35,545 nucleotides of DNA, from positions 1 to 35,545 of the IMG/VR virus record IMGVR_UViG_2698536672_000015; one strand, given 5' to 3'. The stretch's first letter is position 1, and the number at the start of each line of letters is the position of its first letter. This document shows, piece after piece, positions 9,339 to 17,149 of the stretch. The notes beneath the pieces were generated by a model. That model saw only the letters and a list, made by a program, of their open reading frames with translations, ran no database searches and was not told the origin of the DNA. Source of the stretch: a virus. Its lineage: Duplodnaviria; Heunggongvirae; Uroviricota; Caudoviricetes. Both the position numbers and the translations under genes were made by a program.

Positions 9339-9483
9339 ACAGTTTAACGGCAAATAACCGTTGGTCGCAACAGCTGGTGGTCCGCGTGGCTGAACACCTG
9401 TTGTTACGGCATGAATGCAGATTACCAAATCACCTGCCTGTAAGTAACCACAGAGAACTTTACCTGACTGTGGGGGGCGAGTT

Positions 9484-9663
9484 GTGCAGGAACTTAACCG
9501 CTGGTTTCGTGACGGAAGAGGACTTTATGTTCATGTTATTCGTTGGGAGCCAGAAACACAGCGCGTTATCTATCTTCGCAAAGACTACCCGCATGAGTGC
9601 TTTAGTCCTTTGTGGAAATTCAGGCGTGATTTTGTTGAGTGTGAAGGACCACCAGCACATTGA
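9484..9663 (+). CDS. Candidate small protein, 59 aa, GTG start (just below the 60-aa ORF-track cutoff)
   Basis: GTG at 9484 preceded by GGGGGG (spacer 6); translation VQELNRWFRDGRGLYVHVIRWEPETQRVIYLRKDYPHECFSPLWKFRRDFVECEGPPAH looks like a folded protein, unlike the overlapping frame of the long ORF. Confidence 0.35.
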   Translation: MQELNRWFRDGRGLYVHVIRWEPETQRVIYLRKDYPHECFSPLWKFRRDFVECEGPPAH

Positions 9664-9937
9664 TTCTGCCATTCCGGGACGTTACACTGTTCAGGCACCT
9701 TATAAAGCGGGTGCCGGGATTGGCGTCCTGGAATTGCATACGGCGACAATTGGCGCGTTAGCGTCTTTTTTGTTGCTACAACTCAGCTATACCCAAATTA
9801 TGGTGGGCTGGGTGGGGGCACCGAAAGGTGCGCCGGTTTCCGTATGCGCCGGTTACGCCAACCCTGCTCAGTTCACCACCAGCGAAATTGGCGTTTCCGG
9901 TGGTGGAAGTTATCCATTGCATACGGAGGCTGCCATC

Positions 9938-10483
9938 ATGGCTACGATCCCTGCCTTAGTACAACCTGAACTTTGCATTATTGCAGACAAAGTTGTTACT
10001 TCTTCTCTGGCTGTTGCTAGTTATTTCGGCAAACAACACAAAAATGTCATTCAAAAAATTGCGTCTCTTGAATGCTCTGCCGAATTTACTGAGCTGAATT
10101 TCCAGCTCAGTGAGTACATCGACGCATCAGGCCGCAAACTACCTTGCTATCAAATAACCCGCGACGGCTTTGCGTTTCTTGCTATGGGTTTCACGGGTAA
10201 ACGTGCTGCCCAGTTCAAAGAGGCATATATCAATGCCTTTAACCAGATGGAGAAACAGCTTTCAAAACCCTCTGTACCGAGCGACGTTGCACATAACGCC
10301 AGCATTCTCTATTCCTACATTTCATCAATTCATCAGGTCTGGCTGCAGCAGCTTTATCCTATGTTGGCAAAAGCCGAATCTCCGCTGGCTGTTAGCTTGT
10401 ATGACTATATTAATGATGCTTCGGCGCTGGCCTGCCTCATAAATTTGTCGCTGAACCCTTCAGAGGTAAGGGGGCGCAAATGA
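9938..10483 (+). CDS. Rha-family phage regulatory protein, 181 aa
   Basis: Rha-like domain begins directly at MATIPALVQPELCIIADKVVTSSLAVASYFGKQHKNV; a GGAGG RBS sits 8 nt upstream of the ATG at 9938. The ORF track extends this frame back to 9335, which I regard as non-genic. Confidence 0.65.
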   Translation: MATIPALVQPELCIIADKVVTSSLAVASYFGKQHKNVIQKIASLECSAEFTELNFQLSEYIDASGRKLPCYQITRDGFAFLAMGFTGKRAAQFKEAYINAFNQMEKQLSKPSVPSDVAHNASILYSYISSIHQVWLQQLYPMLAKAESPLAVSLYDYINDASALACLINLSLNPSEVRGRK

Positions 10484-10704
10484 TCCGGAATATTTTCAAA
10501 CGGTTTACCAATCAGACTTTCCGTTGTCCTCGTCCGGGTCAGTGGTACACCACACCTGCAGGGCATGTTCTACGTGTTAGCCTGGTTGACCGTGAATGTC
10601 AGAAGGTGATTTGTGAACCGCTGGGCCGTAATTACCGCGTCAGTATGCCGCTTATAGCCTTTCGCTCCGGAAAAAACATGAAGCATCTCGGAGGTGCAGC
10701 ATGA
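10480..10704 (+). CDS. Hypothetical small phage protein, 74 aa
   Basis: ATGA coupling with the Rha gene; operon context. Confidence 0.5.
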   Translation: MIRNIFKRFTNQTFRCPRPGQWYTTPAGHVLRVSLVDRECQKVICEPLGRNYRVSMPLIAFRSGKNMKHLGGAA

Positions 10705-11519
10705 GTATGGAGCTGATGGTTAAAGCGATGAAAATTCGAGTGGGTAATCCATTGCGAAAACTGGTTCTGATCAAGCTGGCTGATAATGCCAGTGATCAGG
10801 GTGAGTGCTGGCCCAGCTACCAGCATATTGCTGACCAGTGCGAGATTAGCAAACGTTCTGTGATGAATCATATTGCGGCCCTTTGTGAGTCCGGGCTGGT
10901 AAAAAAAGTCACCCGGAAAGGTGAAAAAGGTAACTCAAGTAATATCTATCTCCTTCATCTTGATGGTGCAGGAGATTCACTAGGGGGTAGTGCAAATGAT
11001 TCACTATCTGGTGCAGCAAATTCACCAGGTAGTGCAGGAGTTGCACTTGGGGGTAGTGCAGGAGATTCACCCAGAACCAGTCACTCTTTTGAACCAGTCA
11101 AAGAACCAGTCAATGAACCAATAGCTGTTGGTGAATCTGCTGATGAGTCTGTGCGAGTTCGTTCAAACCGACCGGAATACTCTCCGGAGTTTGAGCAGGC
11201 ATGGCTGGCATACCCCAAACGTGCTGGTGGCAATTCAAAATCTGCAGCCTTCAAAGCCTGGAAAGCCCGTTTGAATGAGGGGGTAAAACCCGAAACCATG
11301 CTGGAAGGTGTGAAACGCTACGCGGGCTGGGTATCTGCGATGGGTAACAGCGGCACACAATTTGTGAAACAGGCTGTCACGTTCTTTGGTCCGGATCGTC
11401 ATTTCGAAGAATCCTGGGAAGTTCCTGCGGTATCTGCAGCCAGACGCGAGGCCCCGTACTTCAAAGCCAGTTACGACAACGTGGACTACAGCCAGATCCC
11501 GGCAGGATTCAGGGGGTAA
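10701..11519 (+). CDS. Putative replication initiation protein: N-terminal winged-helix domain, internal iteron-encoded Gly/Ser/Ala repeats, 272 aa
   Basis: N-terminal HTH-like region (LVLIKLADNASDQGECWPSYQHIADQCEISKRSVMNHIAAL); tandem DNA repeats inside the gene as in lambda O/ori; position after the immunity region. Confidence 0.55.
   Translation: MSMELMVKAMKIRVGNPLRKLVLIKLADNASDQGECWPSYQHIADQCEISKRSVMNHIAALCESGLVKKVTRKGEKGNSSNIYLLHLDGAGDSLGGSANDSLSGAANSPGSAGVALGGSAGDSPRTSHSFEPVKEPVNEPIAVGESADESVRVRSNRPEYSPEFEQAWLAYPKRAGGNSKSAAFKAWKARLNEGVKPETMLEGVKRYAGWVSAMGNSGTQFVKQAVTFFGPDRHFEESWEVPAVSAARREAPYFKASYDNVDYSQIPAGFRG
10965..11070. repeat. Five tandem iteron-like repeats, candidate replication origin inside the initiator gene
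   Basis: Repeats starting at about 10965, 10988, 11010, 11030 and 11052 (GGTGCAGGAGATTCAC, GTAGTGCAAATGATTCAC, GGTGCAGCAAATTCACC, GTAGTGCAGGAGTTGCAC, GGTAGTGCAGGAGATTCAC), spaced 20-23 bp. Confidence 0.55.
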
Positions 11520-11521
11520 TC

Positions 11522-12010
11522 ATGAGTCTTTTGAATGAAGTTCAGAAATTCATTGAAGCCCATCCGGGGTGTACTTCCGGAGACATTGCGGATGCTTTTG
11601 CTGGTTACTCACGGCAGCGCGTTCTGCAGTCAGCAAGCAAGTTACGTCAGAGTGGGCGTGTGGCTCACCGTTGTGAAGGGGATACACGCAGACATTTCCC
11701 GCGCCTGACTGAGAGAGCACAGGAGCCGGAACCACAACCAGTTCGTGAAACCAGACCTGTGCGCAATTTCTATGTCGGCACTAACGATCCCCGTGTGATT
11801 TTGTGCCTGACCCGCCAGGCTGAAGAACTAGAGTCCAGGGGCTTATACCGTCGTGCTGCAACGGTGTGGATGGCGGCATTCCGTGAAAGCCACTCCCAGC
11901 CAGAACGAAACAATTTTCTGGCGCGTCGTGAGCAGTGTTTACGGAAAAGCAGCAAGCGCGCTGTATCGGGTGATGAGTGGTATCTGTCAGGGAATTACGT
12001 GGGGGGTTAA
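11522..12010 (+). CDS. Hypothetical protein with a PerC-like C-terminal region, 162 aa
   Basis: Segment AEELESRGLYRRAATVWMAAF resembles the PerC-family motif as I recall it; unverified. Confidence 0.35.
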   Translation: MSLLNEVQKFIEAHPGCTSGDIADAFAGYSRQRVLQSASKLRQSGRVAHRCEGDTRRHFPRLTERAQEPEPQPVRETRPVRNFYVGTNDPRVILCLTRQAEELESRGLYRRAATVWMAAFRESHSQPERNNFLARREQCLRKSSKRAVSGDEWYLSGNYVGG

Positions 12011-12336
12011 TGACGACGTTAACTCAATGCCAGCAGCAGGTGCTGGATATGCTGATTTCTTATCAGAAAGAACGTGGTTTCCCGCCAACCAATCAGGAGG
12101 TGGCAGCCATGCTGGGATACCGTTCGGTGAATGCAGCGGTGGAGCATCTTCGCGCACTGGAGAAAAAAGGCGTCATCACGATAAAGCGTGGCGTGGCCCG
12201 GGGTATCACGCTTCATACCACAGTGAAGGACGACGACAGCGAGGCAGCCGGGATTATCCGCGCACTGCTTGCCGGTGAGGAAAACGCCAGGCTGCGTGCA
12301 ACTCACTGGTTACATGAGAGGGGCCTGAAAGTATGA
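12010..12336 (+). CDS. LexA N-terminal DNA-binding-domain-like protein with no peptidase domain, 108 aa
   Basis: LTQCQQQVLDMLISYQKERGFPPTNQEVAAMLGYRSVNAAVEHLRALEKKGVITIKRGVARGITL parallels the LexA N-terminal winged helix; start at the ATG at 12010 with a G-rich RBS and TAATG overlap. Confidence 0.6.
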   Translation: MTTLTQCQQQVLDMLISYQKERGFPPTNQEVAAMLGYRSVNAAVEHLRALEKKGVITIKRGVARGITLHTTVKDDDSEAAGIIRALLAGEENARLRATHWLHERGLKV

Positions 12337-12722
12337 AGCTTATCCTGCCTTTCCCGCCCAGCGTGAACACTTACTGGCGACACCCTAACAAAGGGGCGTT
12401 TGCAGGTAAGAGCCTGATAAGCGCGGCGGGGCGAAAATTCCAGAGCGCGGCGTGCGCAGCAATAGTTGAGCAGTTACGTCGTCTGCCGAAACCAACGTCG
12501 GCACCTGCTTCAGTGGAGATCGTGTTGTTTCCTCCGGATAACAGGATCCGCGATCTGGATAACTATAACAAGGCGCTGTTTGACGCCCTGACCCACGCAG
12601 GTGTGTGGGAAGACGACAGCCAGGTGAAAAGAATGCTGGTGGAGTGGGGACCGGTTATCCCGGAAGGGAAGGTCGAGATCACTATCAGTAAGTACGAGAA
12701 AACGGCGGGTGCAGCCGCCTGA
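12333..12722 (+). CDS. rusA: RusA-family Holliday junction resolvase, 129 aa
   Basis: N-terminal LPFPPSVNTYWRH and RDLDNYNKALFDALTHAGVWEDDSQV match RusA motifs. Confidence 0.85.
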   Translation: MKLILPFPPSVNTYWRHPNKGAFAGKSLISAAGRKFQSAACAAIVEQLRRLPKPTSAPASVEIVLFPPDNRIRDLDNYNKALFDALTHAGVWEDDSQVKRMLVEWGPVIPEGKVEITISKYEKTAGAAA

Positions 12723-12741
12723 TTAAGAGGAGAAACGAAGT

Positions 12742-13551
12742 ATGAATAATCTGATGGTCATTGATGGTATTGAAGTTCGTCGTGATGCTTATGGACGTTA
12801 CAGCCTGAACGATCTGCATCGTGCCGCAGTAGCATCTGGTGCAAATGCCAGAACGAAGGAGCCGGGAAAGTTTCTTTCCAGCCAACAGACTGTTGAACTT
12901 GTTCAGGAATTGACCGATACCCAAAATTTGGGTGTCGGTCCGGTTAATACAGTTCGTGGTGGTCCTAAGCAGGGGAGTTATGTCTGCAAGGAACTGGTGT
13001 ATGCCTATGCAATGTGGATCAGCCCGTCATTCCATCTGAAGGTGATCCGTACTTTCGATATGGTAACCAGCGCACCGGAAAAATTATCCGGGCAGGCTGC
13101 TGACAAGATGCAGGCTGGAGTGATTCTGCTGGACTTTATGCGCAGGGAGTTAAACCTGTCTAACTCTTCAGTGCTTGGGGCCTGTCAGAAACTCCAGGAG
13201 GCTGTTGGCTTACCGAATCTGGCACCGCGCTATGCCATTGATGCTCCTGCTGACGCGCCTGATGGCTCAAGTCGCCCGACACTGTCGCTGAGTGCACTGC
13301 TGAAACAGTATGGTATCCGCCTTACGGCTAATCAGGCATATCACCAGATGTCGAAGCTGGGGATCGTCGAACAGCGCGAACGATACAGCCGTACAGCGAT
13401 TAACAACATCAAAAAATTCTGGTCGCTGACGGCGAAAGGCTGCATGTTCGGCAAGAACATCACCAGTCCTGCAAATCCGCGCGAGACGCAGCCGCACTTC
13501 TTCGAATCCCGATTCCCTGAGCTGTTAAAGCTGCTCGATACCGTTCATTGA
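12742..13551 (+). CDS. KilA-N domain protein (antirepressor/Bro-like), 269 aa
   Basis: N-terminal KilA-N-like region (MVIDGIEVRRDAYGRYSLNDLHRAA...ELVYAYAMWISPSFHLKVIRTFD); AAGAGGAG RBS. Confidence 0.55.
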   Translation: MNNLMVIDGIEVRRDAYGRYSLNDLHRAAVASGANARTKEPGKFLSSQQTVELVQELTDTQNLGVGPVNTVRGGPKQGSYVCKELVYAYAMWISPSFHLKVIRTFDMVTSAPEKLSGQAADKMQAGVILLDFMRRELNLSNSSVLGACQKLQEAVGLPNLAPRYAIDAPADAPDGSSRPTLSLSALLKQYGIRLTANQAYHQMSKLGIVEQRERYSRTAINNIKKFWSLTAKGCMFGKNITSPANPRETQPHFFESRFPELLKLLDTVH

Positions 13552-13552
13552 G

Positions 13553-14548
13553 GTGACCGTGAGAGCACTACTGACCCCTGAAATTGCCCCGCGTATGGGG
13601 ATCGTATTGTTCAGACCAGGTTCAGAGCTGATGCCCCTGTTTATGCAGGGGCGTGTCCTGCTGGAGTCTGAGCCGGAACGTTATTCATCTTTCGCCAGTG
13701 GTGCCGTTCCGGCAGCATCACAACCGCTGGCGGATGATCCTGCCGTTCGGGCCGTGTTCCGCAATGAGGCAGTGATCCGTCGTGCTGGTGGAGTGGAATG
13801 TCTTGAAAGCTGGTTACTTCGTGAAAAAGGCTGCCAGTGGCCTCATTCCGACTGGCACAGCGAGAACATGACCACAATGCGACACGCGCCGGGCGCAATC
13901 CGTCTGTGCTGGCACTGCGATAACCAGCTGCGCGATCAGTTCACGGAACGGCTGGAATCAATGGCAACGGATAACTGTGCCCGCTGGGTGTTGTCTGTTG
14001 TGCGTCGGGATCTCGGTTTTGATGACAGTCACGTTGTGACAATGCCGGAACTGTGCTGGTGGCTGATTCGTAATGATCTGGCGGATGCCTTACCGGAAAG
14101 TGCAGCCCGTAAGGCACTGAGATTACCGAAGCCTGTTGTGCCGTCTGTTACCCGGGAAAGTGACCTTGTGCCTTCGGTTCCTGCCACCAGCATCATCCAG
14201 GATAAGGCGAAAAAGGTGCTGGCGCTGAAAGTGGATCCGGAGTCGCCGGAGTCTTTTATGTTACGCCCAAAACGTCGCCGCTGGGTTAATGAAAAGTACA
14301 CGCGCTGGGTTAAGACACAGCCGTGTGCATGTTGTGGAAAGCCCGCTGATGATCCCCACCACCTGATAGGTCACGGTCAGGGTGGAATGGGAACAAAAGC
14401 GCATGACCTTTTTGTGTTGCCTTTGTGCAGAAAGCATCACGACGAGCTGCATGCGGATACCGTGGCATTTGAAGAGAAGTATGGCTCCCAGCTGGAGCTG
14501 ATATTTCGTTTTATCGATCGTGCGCTGGCAATTGGCGTGCTGGCCTGA
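13553..14548 (+). CDS. DUF968-like phage protein with C-terminal Cys/His zinc-finger-like motif, 331 aa
   Basis: C-terminal CACCGKPADDPHHL...CRKHHDELH; start codon uncertain (GTG at 13553 or 13559). Confidence 0.45.
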   Translation: MTVRALLTPEIAPRMGIVLFRPGSELMPLFMQGRVLLESEPERYSSFASGAVPAASQPLADDPAVRAVFRNEAVIRRAGGVECLESWLLREKGCQWPHSDWHSENMTTMRHAPGAIRLCWHCDNQLRDQFTERLESMATDNCARWVLSVVRRDLGFDDSHVVTMPELCWWLIRNDLADALPESAARKALRLPKPVVPSVTRESDLVPSVPATSIIQDKAKKVLALKVDPESPESFMLRPKRRRWVNEKYTRWVKTQPCACCGKPADDPHHLIGHGQGGMGTKAHDLFVLPLCRKHHDELHADTVAFEEKYGSQLELIFRFIDRALAIGVLA

Positions 14549-14565
14549 TTTTGTGGAGAAAGTTG

Positions 14566-14928
14566 ATGCGTGATATGTATGAAGTATTGGACCGCTGGGG
14601 AGCATGGGCTGCAGCAGAAAATAGTGGTGTGGACTGGCAGCCGATAGCGGCTGGTTTCAAGGGACTTTTACCACACGGTAAAAAGTCACGTCTCCAGTGT
14701 GCTGATGATGAAGGCATCATGATAGACGGTTGTGTGGCTCGGTTGCGAAAGTATAAACCAGAGGAATATGAGCTAATCATAGCTCACTTTGTTATTGGTA
14801 TCTCATTACGCACTATTGCCAAGAAGAGAAGATGTTCAGATGGCACAATTAGGAAGGAATTGCAGACTGCCATGGGGTTTATCAGCGGTGTAATAATAAC
14901 TATAAACCCCATTATGGTAGTTAATTAA
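14566..14928 (+). CDS. Q: Late-gene antiterminator Q (phage 82 / QuuD type), 120 aa
   Basis: MRDMYEVLDRWGAWAA...GFKGL...SRLQCADDEG...CSDGTIRKELQTA matches my memory of QuuD-type Q proteins; start at the ATG at 14566 (RBS GTGGAGAAAG), not the TTG at 14551. Confidence 0.8.
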   Translation: MRDMYEVLDRWGAWAAAENSGVDWQPIAAGFKGLLPHGKKSRLQCADDEGIMIDGCVARLRKYKPEEYELIIAHFVIGISLRTIAKKRRCSDGTIRKELQTAMGFISGVIITINPIMVVN

Positions 14929-15496
14929 TGTGAATCCTATCACCAAGATAGTATAGTCCAAAAAATGTTGAAACAAGCATTTGCCATGTAAGGAATAAAA
15001 AGATAATGATATAGCACCAGTTTGCTATATCATTATTCAGTATGTTTATTAGTGGTGTGATAAAAGCGTTGAAAATCACTATGCATATGCTGAGGGCAGT
15101 TAAAAATGAAAATAACATGCACAGAAATAATCTTCTGGTAAGTTTCTCTTGAGTGTCAACAATTCTACCATTTTCTTTTGTTCGTGTAATTTTAATAAAA
15201 GGAGTGCCATTAGTTCCTATCAGAGGGTAGTCAATTTGTTCTCTGTTGAAAGTGGCTATTGCTGCAAGAGCTGCTATATAAAAACCTGGCAGATTTGATA
15301 CAAATCCAGATATAGACTTAATAAAGCCGCCATCTTTTAGTAGGTCTGATGTAGGTATTTTAAATAAATAAAAGTAAAAAAAAGAAATCACAGCAAGCCC
15401 GGCAGGTGCATAAAAATCGTATGCGCACTTACCACTAATTCCCTTAATGAAAAGGTAACCAAACGGTCTAAATAAATGTGAAAATATACTAATCAT
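14921..15496 (-). CDS. Hypothetical membrane protein, 191 aa, about four TM helices; gene 2 of the AT-rich two-gene cassette
   Basis: Hydrophobic segments AGLAVISFFYFYLF, FYIAALAAIATF, LFLCMLFSFLTALSICIVIF and WCYIIIFLFLTWQMLVSTFFGLYYL; ATG 7 nt after the upstream stop with a GAGG RBS; its stop overlaps the Q stop in TTAATTAA. Confidence 0.65.
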   Translation of the reverse strand: MISIFSHLFRPFGYLFIKGISGKCAYDFYAPAGLAVISFFYFYLFKIPTSDLLKDGGFIKSISGFVSNLPGFYIAALAAIATFNREQIDYPLIGTNGTPFIKITRTKENGRIVDTQEKLTRRLFLCMLFSFLTALSICIVIFNAFITPLINILNNDIANWCYIIIFLFLTWQMLVSTFFGLYYLGDRIHIN

Positions 15497-15503
15497 ATTA
15501 GCC

Positions 15504-16532
15504 TCACATGACCTCGATAATCTTATTCACAAACTCCATGTTAATACTATCATAAGAATCCTTTAAGCGCGAAGAAAAACCATTTATTACACTCTTTTTG
15601 ATAAATGTTTTTTCCAGCCCATCCAGCCTTACATTTGAAGTTTGAAGGTCAACTTGTCTTGTGAATCCTGTCTCTGGCTCTTTGAATTTTATTTTTATTA
15701 AGTCATAACCTCCATTTTTATCTTCTTTAAAGAAGTTTGAGACAGATTTTATCCATCCAAGGACATTGTTGGGGCCATGGTTTGGTACTAAGCGTAAAGT
15801 ACTTTCTTTAGGAATAATAGCCGCGTTAACATCTGGCGCATTAATAGTTCTGTATTCATTCTTTACCAAAACGACATCAGAAAGTCCTTCTTTATTTATT
15901 TTATTGAACAAATCTTCATCTAACTTTCCAGATATATCAAAGACTGGCTTGTATAATACTTTTATTTTTTTCTTTGTTAAACTTGACACTTCATTTGTTA
16001 AAGTGTTACATGAAAAGATATCTTCATTATCTTTGGCTACGTTAAAGAGAACTTTATTCAGGAAACCATTTATTTTTGCTGTGGAAACTCCTGGTATTGG
16101 CATAAAACTCATGTCATACGTTCGCATATTTCCGTCTAGAGAAATAATCATATGAGAAGAAACTTCGTAACCTTCACCTTCCTCATGTTTTGGTGATATT
16201 TCGGTGCGAACATCTGTATTAATGTTTTTTAATACAGTAGTGCTTCCATTTTTATCTACAGCATTAATTAAAAGACCAAGATGGCTGGGTTTTTTATCGG
16301 CTCTGTTTGATAAGAATATTACATCTTGTAAAGTTAAAACTAAGTCTCCTTTTTCATAACTGTGCATCATTGCTTTACAACGTACTATTTTAGAAGCAAG
16401 TTCACGCATTGTTGGTACCGGGCAAACACAGTTCGATCTGATGCTATCATCAATTTTCTGTGTACGGTATTGTGTATCGATCGTAATAGTATGATGAGTT
16501 ATTACTCTACTGAATGCGTCCAGTGTAGCCAT
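15504..16532 (-). CDS. Hypothetical soluble protein, 342 aa, K/N/D-rich; gene 1 of the AT-rich two-gene cassette
   Basis: Long uninterrupted ORF in an AT-rich block (18 G+C in 15001-15060, 30%); no Walker, kinase or other motif I can recognise. Confidence 0.65.
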   Translation of the reverse strand: MATLDAFSRVITHHTITIDTQYRTQKIDDSIRSNCVCPVPTMRELASKIVRCKAMMHSYEKGDLVLTLQDVIFLSNRADKKPSHLGLLINAVDKNGSTTVLKNINTDVRTEISPKHEEGEGYEVSSHMIISLDGNMRTYDMSFMPIPGVSTAKINGFLNKVLFNVAKDNEDIFSCNTLTNEVSSLTKKKIKVLYKPVFDISGKLDEDLFNKINKEGLSDVVLVKNEYRTINAPDVNAAIIPKESTLRLVPNHGPNNVLGWIKSVSNFFKEDKNGGYDLIKIKFKEPETGFTRQVDLQTSNVRLDGLEKTFIKKSVINGFSSRLKDSYDSINMEFVNKIIEVM

Positions 16533-16645
16533 TTCAAAATATCCGCTTCTTTGCTGTTTTTATATGGAGAAAGTTTACATAACCACTAACGCGTACGCAA
16601 AAACTATTGTATCGTGTTAAGAGTGGTTACTTCGCCACACAGCTT
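16533..16645 (+). promoter_or_regulatory. Candidate Q-dependent late promoter region (pR'/qut-like); exact -35/-10 not resolved
   Basis: Lies between the cassette and a plus-strand terminator about 170 nt upstream of the holin, matching the lambdoid pR'-tR' layout; TTTACA at 16574-16579 is a possible -35. Confidence 0.3.
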
Positions 16646-16676
16646 AAACCCGCCGTCGAGCGGGTTTTGTCGTTTC
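16646..16676 (+). terminator. Rho-independent terminator (tR'-like) upstream of the lysis genes
   Basis: AAACCCGC-cgtcga-GCGGGTTT followed by TGTCGTTT. Confidence 0.6.
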
Positions 16677-16819
16677 TGGGGCTGGGGATTCGTTGGTCCT
16701 GGCCTATTCCGCAGTTATCCATTGGCTCGGCTTCTTTGACGTTTCCGCTTCTGATTTGCGGTACATGATGTTCCCTCAATTTGCACCTGCTGTATCAGCG
16801 AGGTGAGAGATAACTACAA

Positions 16820-17146
16820 ATGCCTCATAACCCAAATACCTGGCTGGAGTTGTTTCAGAGCTGGTGGCGTGGAGACACACCGCTGGGCGCAGTGATTATG
16901 TCGATCGTTATGGCTGGCTTGCGCATTGCCTATTTTGGCGGTGGTGGTGGCTGGAAGCGAAAAACGCTCGAGATTTTGCTCTGTGGTGCTCTGACGCTGA
17001 CTTTTGCATCCGCTCTTGAGTATGTCGGATGGCCTAAATCTCTTTCTGTTGCCATTGGTGGCGGCGTTGGGCTGATCGGTGTCGATGCTATTCGTGGGGC
17101 TGCAATGCGAGTAATCGGTAACAAATTTGGTAGCTCGAAGGAGTAA
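16820..17146 (+). CDS. Holin, 108 aa
   Basis: First gene of the lysis cassette; hydrophobic TM segments; charged C-terminus; GGTGAGAGA RBS. Confidence 0.7.
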   Translation: MPHNPNTWLELFQSWWRGDTPLGAVIMSIVMAGLRIAYFGGGGGWKRKTLEILLCGALTLTFASALEYVGWPKSLSVAIGGGVGLIGVDAIRGAAMRVIGNKFGSSKE

Positions 17147-17149
17147 TTT

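Noticed and set aside
10965-11070. Tandem repeats considered as a possible CRISPR array
   Set aside because: The repeats are imperfect, directly abutting with no spacers, and lie in-frame inside a coding gene; they fit iterons, and no cas genes are present.
16533-16620. Exact -35/-10 assignment for the late promoter or the cassette promoter
   Set aside because: Candidate hexamers (TTTACA, TATTGT, TATAAA) have non-canonical spacing on either strand, so only the region is reported.
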